A program made the position numbers and the translations under genes. 53,378 bases of DNA from an uncultured Gammaproteobacteria bacterium (lineage in GTDB: Bacteria > Patescibacteriota > Patescibacteriia > UBA9934 > UBA11717), in the NCBI GenBank assembly GCA_964365275.1, contig CAYIOW010000001.1:1-53378 (forward strand). Reading direction: 5' to 3'. Below are positions 35,873 through 42,491 of this stretch, one piece after another (positions within the stretch are counted from its first letter, which is position 1; each line of letters opens with the position of its first letter). A model generated the notes under the pieces. It was given only the letters and a program-made list of their open reading frames with translations, made no database searches and was not told the DNA's origin.

Positions 35873-35922
35873 GGTATTGGGTATGGAATAATGGAATATT
35901 AGGTATGCGGTATGGGGTATTT
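35873..35922. repeat. two blocks of tandem GGTATKN heptamers
   Basis: GGTATTG-GGTATGG at 35873-35886 and GGTATGC-GGTATGG-GGTATTT at 35902-35922, upstream of the permease promoter region. Confidence 0.6.
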
Positions 35923-35963
35923 TGGGAGTAATTATACGGTTGTGCATATACTGTGCATCTTTT

Positions 35964-35998
35964 CCAACCTCCAACTTCCCACCTCAAACTTCCATTGT
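35964..35998. repeat. five degenerate tandem heptamers
   Basis: CCAACCT CCAACTT CCCACCT CAAACTT CCATTGT, in the divergent region between the permease and dnaB. Confidence 0.5.
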
Positions 35999-36030
35999 GG
36001 TAAAATCCAGTCAAACAATATAATAGCGAT

Positions 36031-36064
36031 CATACCCCTCCTCACCTCCCCTATTTAGGGGAGG
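36031..36064. repeat. family-C element, copy upstream of dnaB
   Basis: CATACCCCTCCTCAC-CTCCCCTATTTAGGGGAGG, 38 nt upstream of the dnaB ATG. Confidence 0.85.
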
Positions 36065-36101
36065 AAAACCAAGCGGTCTTAATTCGTTGATTCTCTAACC
36101 A

Positions 36102-37475
36102 ATGTCCGACCCTCTCTCCAAAATTCCCCCTCACAGCGAAGAAGCCGAAAAGTCGTTCCTCGGCGCGATTTTGATTGACCCTGAATCAATGATAAAAATC
36201 GCCGACCAGGTTGAGCCGGATGATTTTTATTTTGACCGCCATCGCGCGGTTTACGAATCAATGCTTGATTTGTATTCAAGACATGAGCCAATTGACATTC
36301 TGTCTCTCGGAAATCGCATGGATGAATTGGGAAAGCTTGCTCTTGCCGGTGGAAGAAGCGCAATCGCCGAACTCGCAAACAGCGTGCCAACCGCTTCAAA
36401 TATCGTGCATTACGGGACAATCATTCAAAAGAAAGCTACGCTCCGCCGATTAATCTCCGCTTCTTCGCAAATCGGCACAATAGGTTTTGAACAGGGCGAA
36501 GAAGACATTGAATCGCTCTTGGACCAGGCCGAAAGACATCTGTTTTCCGTCTCGCGCCGATACCTCAAACAGTCGTTCGTTCCTATTCGTTCAATTCTTT
36601 CGGAAGCGTTTGAACGAATTGACCAACTCCACAAAGAACGCGGAAAATTGCGCGGAGTGGCAACCGGTTTTATCGGTTTGGATAATCTGCTTGCCGGTTT
36701 CCAGAAATCGGACTTGATTATTTTGGCGGCAAGACCTTCTGTCGGAAAAACATCACTTGCGCTTGCAATGGCCCGCCACGCCGCAGTTAAGGGGAAAGTT
36801 CCTGTCGGGCTTTTCAGTTTGGAAATGAGTAAGGAACAGCTCGTTGACAGATTTATCTGCGCAGAGGCGAACATTGATTTGTGGAAACTCCGCACGGGCC
36901 GCCTTTCAGACCAGGAAAACGACTTCCCAAAAATCGGCCACGCTCTCGGTATTTTGTCGGAGGCGCCGATTTATATAGATGACTCCGCATCCGCAAACAT
37001 TATGGAGATTCGTACGAAGTGCCGACGGCTTCAAAGCGAACACGGTCTCGGATTGGTCGTCATTGATTACCTTCAGCTTATGGAAAGTCGGGGCAAACAG
37101 GAAAACCGCGTGCAAGAAGTGTCGGAAATTTCTCGCGGCTTGAAACAAATCGCGCGCGAATTGAATGTGCCCGTTATCGCACTCTCGCAGTTGTCCCGCA
37201 CGGTTGAAATGAGCAAACCGGCGATTCCTAAACTCTCGCATCTCCGCGAATCCGGCTCCATTGAGCAGGACGCGGATGTGGTGCTCTTTATCTATCGCAA
37301 AGCCGCGGACGGCAACTACCAGCACGATGAGCTAACGCCGGAGGAAAAGAGTTTAGCGGAAATTCACATAAGCAAGCATCGCAACGGACCTACGGGCGTG
37401 GTAAAATTATACTTTGATTCCGCAAGAGCGGATTTCAAGAACCTGGAGCGAGTGCATACTCAAACACAGCAATAG
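36102..37475 (+). CDS. dnaB: replicative DNA helicase DnaB
   Basis: 457 aa. Has the N-terminal block PPHSEEAEKSFLGAIL, Walker A ARPSVGKTS, Walker B VVIDYLQL and the arginine-finger region. Confidence 0.95.
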   Translation: MSDPLSKIPPHSEEAEKSFLGAILIDPESMIKIADQVEPDDFYFDRHRAVYESMLDLYSRHEPIDILSLGNRMDELGKLALAGGRSAIAELANSVPTASNIVHYGTIIQKKATLRRLISASSQIGTIGFEQGEEDIESLLDQAERHLFSVSRRYLKQSFVPIRSILSEAFERIDQLHKERGKLRGVATGFIGLDNLLAGFQKSDLIILAARPSVGKTSLALAMARHAAVKGKVPVGLFSLEMSKEQLVDRFICAEANIDLWKLRTGRLSDQENDFPKIGHALGILSEAPIYIDDSASANIMEIRTKCRRLQSEHGLGLVVIDYLQLMESRGKQENRVQEVSEISRGLKQIARELNVPVIALSQLSRTVEMSKPAIPKLSHLRESGSIEQDADVVLFIYRKAADGNYQHDELTPEEKSLAEIHISKHRNGPTGVVKLYFDSARADFKNLERVHTQTQQ

Positions 37476-37477
37476 GC

Positions 37478-37512
37478 CATACCCCACCTATCCTCCCCTA
37501 TGTAGGGGAGGG
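37478..37512. repeat. family-C element, copy immediately downstream of dnaB
   Basis: CATACCCCACCTATC-CTCCCCTATGTAGGGGAGGG begins 3 nt after the dnaB stop, in the same orientation as the other two copies. Confidence 0.85.
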
Positions 37513-37525
37513 AAATCAATTTGTG

Positions 37526-37565
37526 AAATTCCTAAATTCTTCAATTCTTTAATTCCTCAATTCCA
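37526..37565. repeat. five tandem octamers (NAATTCYT)
   Basis: AAATTCCT AAATTCTT CAATTCTT TAATTCCT CAATTCCA, ending 8 nt before the ybaB ATG. Confidence 0.7.
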
Positions 37566-37572
37566 TTTAGTT

Positions 37573-37860
37573 ATGTTTTCAAAAATCAAAGCGATTAGGG
37601 ACCTACGCAGTCAGGCGAAGAAGATTGACTCAACATTATCGGGAGTTATCGCAGAAGGAAAATCGCATGGCGTCCTAATTAAGATGAATGGCAGGCAAGA
37701 TATCCTAGAACTCACGATTCCCGATGATTTAGAACGCACTAGAATCGCAAACGCAATCAAAGAAGCCCTTGCTGATGTTATGCATAAACTTCAAAAAGAA
37801 GTCCAGTCGGCGATTAAAGACGCTGGAGGACTTCCGGATATGTCTAAGTTGGGGATGTAA
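37573..37860 (+). CDS. ybaB: YbaB/EbfC-family nucleoid-associated protein
   Basis: 95 aa from ATG 37573. Shows the YbaB pattern (EGKSHGVLIKMNGRQDILELTI, C-terminal GGLP..SKLGM) and the classical position upstream of recR. Confidence 0.8.
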   Translation: MFSKIKAIRDLRSQAKKIDSTLSGVIAEGKSHGVLIKMNGRQDILELTIPDDLERTRIANAIKEALADVMHKLQKEVQSAIKDAGGLPDMSKLGM

Positions 37861-37873
37861 TGTGCGGAATATC

Positions 37874-37898
37874 TTGATTCCATGAATCATGGAATCAA
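37874..37898. repeat. 25-nt perfect palindrome TTGATTCCATGA-A-TCATGGAATCAA
   Basis: Lies between ybaB and recR. The same TGATTCC motif recurs three times in tandem at 37935-37957. Confidence 0.75.
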
Positions 37899-37966
37899 TG
37901 AATTCGCGACGCGTTCAATCCTTTCTAACATTCCTTGATTCCCTGATTCCTTGATTCTCTTTCCCT

Positions 37967-38566
37967 GTGCGTGAATTCCCTCCTCCAATTCAAAACCTCG
38001 CTGGACTCTTGCAACACTTGCCCGGAGTTGGTCCAAAAACCGCGGTGCGATATGTTTTTCATTTGCTAAAACAACCGAAGGGAACACTCAAAACAATCGC
38101 AGACGCAATTTTAAAACTTCAGGAGAACATTCATCCTTGCGCCGTCTGTCGCACATACGCGACCGATGAAATTTGCGAGACCTGCAAAGACCCGAAGAGA
38201 AAAAGAAACATTGTCGCCGTAGTTGCGCATCCTCGAGATGTTACGACTATACAGGCGGCGGGATTTGACGGTCGCTTTCATGTTTTGGGTGGTACATTAT
38301 CGCCCCTTGAAGGCATCACGCCCGATGTTTTGGAAATTGCCTCGCTTATTTCTCGACTGAAGAACGACAATGCCATCACGGAAGTGATTCTTGCATTCAA
38401 TCCCGACATTGAAGGTGAAACAACAATAATGTATCTCTCTCGTGCTCTTAAACAGTTTCCGATTAAAATCTCTCGTCTTGCACGCGGCCTCCCTGTCGGC
38501 TCCGACCTAGAATTCGCCGACGAAGTAACGCTCGGAGACGCGCTGAAGAGAAGGTGGGAGATATAA
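37967..38566 (+). CDS. recR: recombination protein RecR
   Basis: Has the HhH motif LPGVGPKTAVRYVFHLL, the C4 zinc finger CAVC...CETC and a Toprim region. Uses a GTG start. Confidence 0.9.
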   Translation: MREFPPPIQNLAGLLQHLPGVGPKTAVRYVFHLLKQPKGTLKTIADAILKLQENIHPCAVCRTYATDEICETCKDPKRKRNIVAVVAHPRDVTTIQAAGFDGRFHVLGGTLSPLEGITPDVLEIASLISRLKNDNAITEVILAFNPDIEGETTIMYLSRALKQFPIKISRLARGLPVGSDLEFADEVTLGDALKRRWEI

Positions 38567-38598
38567 AGAAGACAACCGTTATTGTCGTCTTCTGATCA

Positions 38599-38633
38599 CT
38601 GTGGATAAAGGGGTCAGACCCCTTTATCCACAG
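38599..38633. repeat. 35-nt DnaA-box palindrome (family B), identical to 16699-16733
   Basis: CTGTGGATAAAGGGGTC-A-GACCCCTTTATCCACAG, with 9-mers at 38600-38608 and 38624-38632. A third near-box, TTATGCACT, follows at 38635-38643. Confidence 0.9.
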
Positions 38634-38645
38634 GTTATGCACTAT

Positions 38646-38675
38646 TTGACTGTTTATGCCTCCGCGTGCTACATT
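38646..38675 (+). promoter_or_regulatory. candidate rplU promoter with extended -10
   Basis: TTGACT (38646-38651), 18-nt spacer ending in TGc, then TACATT (38670-38675). It leaves a roughly 57-nt leader containing a CCGCG...CGCGG stem. This could be an L21-leader-type element, but that is unverified. Confidence 0.4.
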
Positions 38676-38738
38676 CCAGCCACTTATGAACGCCTAGTTG
38701 ACCGCGTTAACGCTGGTCGCGGGCATAAAGATTCAAAT

Positions 38739-39053
38739 ATGTTTGCGATTATTCAAACCGGGGGAAAGCAATATTCCGTTGAGGAAGGCAAAACTTTCAA
38801 AACAGAAAAAATAGACGGCGAAGTCGGAGCCGAAGTGGAGTTTGACGCTTTGCTGGTTTCAGACGATGATGGTTCAAATACAAAGGTTGGAAATCCAACC
38901 GTGCCGAGCGCTAAAGTAACGGGTAAAATTGTTGAACAGGGTCGCGATAAAAAAATATCGGTCGTGAAGTACAAGCCAAAGGTTCGTTACCGCCGCAATG
39001 TCGGCCACCGTCAGCCGTTTACGAAAGTCCTGATTGAAACGATAAAAGCGTAA
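38739..39053 (+). CDS. rplU: 50S ribosomal protein L21
   Basis: MFAIIQTGGKQYSVEEG is the canonical L21 N-terminus. The ORF-track N-terminal extension (38601-38738) starts inside the palindrome and is rejected. Confidence 0.9.
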   Translation: MFAIIQTGGKQYSVEEGKTFKTEKIDGEVGAEVEFDALLVSDDDGSNTKVGNPTVPSAKVTGKIVEQGRDKKISVVKYKPKVRYRRNVGHRQPFTKVLIETIKA

Positions 39054-39056
39054 TCT

Positions 39057-39079
39057 AAAAGACCCAAACGGGTCTTTTT
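39057..39079 (+). terminator. rho-independent terminator of rplU
   Basis: AGACCC-AAAC-GGGTCT followed by TTTTTGG. Confidence 0.7.
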
Positions 39080-39094
39080 GGTATCATAGCGGGT

Positions 39095-40651
39095 ATGAAA
39101 GAAATATCGGGCGGACAAATTGAACAATCGCCGAAGAAAAAGAAAGCGACGAAACGAGATTATCCTCCAGTTTCGCTGGAGTCAGCAAGAGAGGCGTATT
39201 TGAGTTATCTTGAAAATCAAAAACGCTCGCGACGAGAAGGTCGTTTGCTTTTCGCTTTTTCCGTTCTTCCCGCACTGCTCGCTGTCGGCGGGATGAAATT
39301 GTCGCTTGATAATTCAAACTTACTTGAGCGTACCTGGCGTGAATTTATTGAAAAGATTGACCCTGACACAGAAGAAGACAAAAAACTCGTGGGGAATATG
39401 AAGGAGGCGTTTGAAACCGGAGAGTTATCGCAGTCGCTTATTGATACATTCTTTGCGATTGAATCGGCGCACGGAGGTATCTCGGAAAGAGAGCTCTCGT
39501 CCGCTAGAGAAGAGTTTAATAAACGAGCGCTTCAATTTTCGGAACTCTATGGTCGTGAAAAAGACGACATTGGATTACTTCGCGCGATTGAAAAGTCCGT
39601 TGGAGAGTATGAAGAGAGCCGTACCTATGTTTCCGACCTCTTGAATGACAAAGGCGGAAACTGCGAAGCGCGCGCAAAATATGCGTCTGCGCTTATGGAC
39701 GCTGTTGACCCTGCATTAACCTCGCATTTGACCTTGGATACATTGTGGATTGAACAAGAGGATAAAACCGTCTCCCCTCATATCCGTTTAGCATATCGCG
39801 ACAAAGACGATAATGCTTGGGCGGTAGATGGTAGCGTAGAACCGATGAAGGAAAAACCGTCTGGCGACGGAACTATTTCTCAACAAATCGCCGCAGCCGT
39901 TTTGGCGCGCCACGGCGAACTTCCTAAAAACGCAGAGCGGAAAGCGTCTCTGCCACCAAGTCCTGACTCAAACGGACAACAGCGAACCATGAACGATACT
40001 TCCACCGACTCGCTGATGACCTTTGCAACCAGCGATAAAGTTGAAGAGTACCGTCCCGGCATAGCAGATAATAATATAGCAAAAAACAAACCGATTGAAC
40101 TTGAAGTTGTTCAAGCGACTAATGAAGAGTGGAAGAGACAGGTAGAAAGCGTCTCATCCCAGCGTGCAGATATGCTCTATACAAAAGCGCAGAAAATGGG
40201 TTGGCGCGCAGACATATGGCAACTAATAAAGAATATACCAGCAGAAGACCTAGAAAGAATACTTAAAGGTGAAATGCCTATCTCACTTGGCGAGAAATCC
40301 ACAACTGAGGAAGCGTTGATATATTTTATACAACACCATGCCAATAAGGATTATAATGATATCCATCTTGAACTAATGACACTGCCATCCATATCAAAAG
40401 ATGCCGCGACGGTAGCAGGAACATACTTGCGCTATCTTATTTCAAAACAAGTGGATGCGCACAATCCTCCGCCTCAAAAAGAACAGGGCGTGGACAATCA
40501 AAAGATGGCGATTAATATTATAACCTCATCATCAAACCCGGAAGTTAATGAATACTGGAAGTGGAGTCAAGAAGCAACGAGAGCATTTAACAGCGCCATC
40601 ACCGATCCTGATAAGAAACTTCTTGAACGAATAAAAGAAATGAGTGAATAA
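39095..40651 (+). CDS. large hypothetical protein with one N-terminal TM segment
   Basis: 518 aa. The TM segment is LLFAFSVLPALLAVGG. A possible Cys/His/Asp constellation (GGNCEARAKYASALM ... SPHIRLAY...NAWAVDG) resembles transglutaminase-like cysteine-protease cores. This assignment is by eye only. Confidence 0.6.
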   Translation: MKEISGGQIEQSPKKKKATKRDYPPVSLESAREAYLSYLENQKRSRREGRLLFAFSVLPALLAVGGMKLSLDNSNLLERTWREFIEKIDPDTEEDKKLVGNMKEAFETGELSQSLIDTFFAIESAHGGISERELSSAREEFNKRALQFSELYGREKDDIGLLRAIEKSVGEYEESRTYVSDLLNDKGGNCEARAKYASALMDAVDPALTSHLTLDTLWIEQEDKTVSPHIRLAYRDKDDNAWAVDGSVEPMKEKPSGDGTISQQIAAAVLARHGELPKNAERKASLPPSPDSNGQQRTMNDTSTDSLMTFATSDKVEEYRPGIADNNIAKNKPIELEVVQATNEEWKRQVESVSSQRADMLYTKAQKMGWRADIWQLIKNIPAEDLERILKGEMPISLGEKSTTEEALIYFIQHHANKDYNDIHLELMTLPSISKDAATVAGTYLRYLISKQVDAHNPPPQKEQGVDNQKMAINIITSSSNPEVNEYWKWSQEATRAFNSAITDPDKKLLERIKEMSE

Positions 40652-40660
40652 CCCATCCGT

Positions 40661-41110
40661 TTATTTACACGCCTTGTTAATATCGGAGACGATGGAGTCA
40701 GTGATGATTTTATGTTTTAGGGCGTCGCCGGAGGCGAGTTCCAATACGGCGTCAACCGGCTCCGGAGACCATCGGCGCGACCAGTCATTGAATTCGCGGA
40801 TTGGCACTCTCTCGCTCACTCCAACAACAACGCCGTCTTTCAGCCAAACCATATCTATCGGAACATACATATCAAGCATCCAAAATGCCTGTATTTTTTC
40901 TTCGGTGAAACAAAAAAGCATTCCATCGCCTATGTCTTCTCTTCCAGACAACCCCTGCGCCAGCTTATCCGGCGTTCGCGCCACTTCAGGTCTTATTCTC
41001 GTTCCGTCAGGGAGCGCGATTTTTGTTCTATCGCAACCCGCGCCGACAAAAACCAACAAAATAAAACTGACCAAAATTTCCGTACCTGCGGGAAAACGCG
41101 TCCTGTTCAT
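40661..41110 (-). CDS. DUF192-family protein
   Basis: N-terminal anchor plus the DUF192 pattern GMLFCF...FWMLDMYVPIDMVWL. Confidence 0.7.
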   Translation of the reverse strand: MNRTRFPAGTEILVSFILLVFVGAGCDRTKIALPDGTRIRPEVARTPDKLAQGLSGREDIGDGMLFCFTEEKIQAFWMLDMYVPIDMVWLKDGVVVGVSERVPIREFNDWSRRWSPEPVDAVLELASGDALKHKIITDSIVSDINKACK

Positions 41111-41167
41111 ATTGACTTATTTTACGATTAGGAGTGACATATTGACACAATCTTGGGGAACTTGAAG

Positions 41168-41443
41168 ATGAAGCACAACGCTGAAGTTGAAGTGTTTGAC
41201 GGTTTCATTCTCCGTATTGAGCGAATGCTCGCCGCCCTGCGGGAGGCCCTGATATTGGACGCGATACAAGGAGGGTTCAAGGATATAGCAAGCGCGATAA
41301 TCCGAGACCTCCAGCGCTATATCAGAAACGGTTTTCGCTTCGTTGAGGAACGGCTCACGGAAGTCCTTGACGAAGTCGGGACCGTGATACTCTCCGCGTA
41401 TCCGTACGGATACGGCCGGCCGCTTCTACCCGCCGAAGCATAG
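41168..41443 (+). CDS. hypothetical small protein (91 aa)
   Basis: ATG at 41168 (MKHNAEVEVFDGF). Helical with somewhat elevated GC. No recognisable domain. Confidence 0.4.
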   Translation: MKHNAEVEVFDGFILRIERMLAALREALILDAIQGGFKDIASAIIRDLQRYIRNGFRFVEERLTEVLDEVGTVILSAYPYGYGRPLLPAEA

Positions 41444-41462
41444 CTTAGTTCCAGTCCGCGCA

Positions 41463-42491
41463 CTACTTCGCGGGCTTCTTTTTTTCTGTTTGAAGAAGAA
41501 CGAACGCTCCGATTAACACGACAAGCGCAAGCAGAATGAGCGCAAGAAGCTTCGCGAATGACGACAAAACAAGTGTTAAAAGACCAAAAACCAGAGCAAG
41601 CGCGGTGTACAGAAGCACAACCTGGTTTTCTGAAAAGCCGGCGTCATAAAGACGGTGGTGAAGGTGTTTCCTGTCGCCTTTGAACAGCCCCTGTCTCTTT
41701 CGTATTCTTCGCACCATAACCCACAAAACATCCAGAATGGGCACGCCCATAACCAAAAGCAAGGTCGCGATTTTACTTCCGGCAATCACGGCGAGAGCGC
41801 CCAAAATATATCCAATCAAAAGCGAACCGCCCTCACCAAGAAAAACTTTTGCCGGATGTAAATTCCAAACGAGAAAACCCAGAAACGCACCAAGCAGTAT
41901 CGCGGAAAAATACGCCATATCGGGCTGGAAAAACGCCACGGAACCGGCAAGTAACAAAACCATCAAAACCCCGACCGAGCCGACGCTCGTCGCAAGTCCG
42001 TCCAAACCATCAAGCAGTTTCGTCGTATACATCATCCCAATCAGCCATAAAAAAACCAAAATGTCCGAGAACGCGCCCGGAAAAACATAGCCGCCGAAAG
42101 GGTTCGTTATCTTTCTTACTTCAAGTCCGCCGGAGATTGCAAACAACGCCGCCAAAATCGGAAAAACAAATTGCCATGCCGGGGGAATTTTGTGCCTGTC
42201 GTCTATGTAGCCCCCTATAAGCAAAATGAGCGCTCCGGCAAATAAGCCGAGATAATGCGCGGGAGTGACTGCGCCGGAAGTAAGAAGACCTCCGCGATAA
42301 ATCAAAACAATGGACAATATTGCCGCAGAAAAAACAATCGCCGCGCCTCCTCCTATCGGAACCGGATTTTTGTGAATCTTCCTTTCCGAATTCGGAACAT
42401 CAACCAAACCGGCTTTTTTCAAAAACACGGCAAGAAACGGAGTCGCTATTCCGGAGAGGAGAAAACCCGAAATCAGCAGAAGCGACTTCAT
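41463..42491 (-). CDS. glycosyltransferase family 4 (WecA/TagO-like polyprenyl-phosphate HexNAc-1-phosphate transferase)
   Basis: About 10 TM helices. Carries the motifs RKIHKNPVPIGGG, IDDRHKI and TKLLDGLDGLA. Confidence 0.85.
   Translation of the reverse strand: MKSLLLISGFLLSGIATPFLAVFLKKAGLVDVPNSERKIHKNPVPIGGGAAIVFSAAILSIVLIYRGGLLTSGAVTPAHYLGLFAGALILLIGGYIDDRHKIPPAWQFVFPILAALFAISGGLEVRKITNPFGGYVFPGAFSDILVFLWLIGMMYTTKLLDGLDGLATSVGSVGVLMVLLLAGSVAFFQPDMAYFSAILLGAFLGFLVWNLHPAKVFLGEGGSLLIGYILGALAVIAGSKIATLLLVMGVPILDVLWVMVRRIRKRQGLFKGDRKHLHHRLYDAGFSENQVVLLYTALALVFGLLTLVLSSFAKLLALILLALVVLIGAFVLLQTEKKKPAK

Noticed and set aside
35873-37565. Short tandem repeat arrays (heptamers and octamers) as a possible CRISPR or minisatellite
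   Set aside because: The units are 7-8 nt with no unique spacers, the arrays are 50 nt or shorter, and no cas genes are present. They are simple tandem repeats.
37887-38087. 66-aa minus-strand ORF overlapping the recR start
   Set aside because: It is antisense to the well-supported recR N-terminus and to the motif-rich spacer, and it has no SD.
38601-38738. 46-codon N-terminal extension of the L21 ORF (MDKGVRPLYPQVMHYL...)
   Set aside because: It starts inside the family-B palindrome and runs through the predicted promoter. The same peptide string (GVRPLYPQ) appears wherever the repeat is translated, so it is a repeat artefact.
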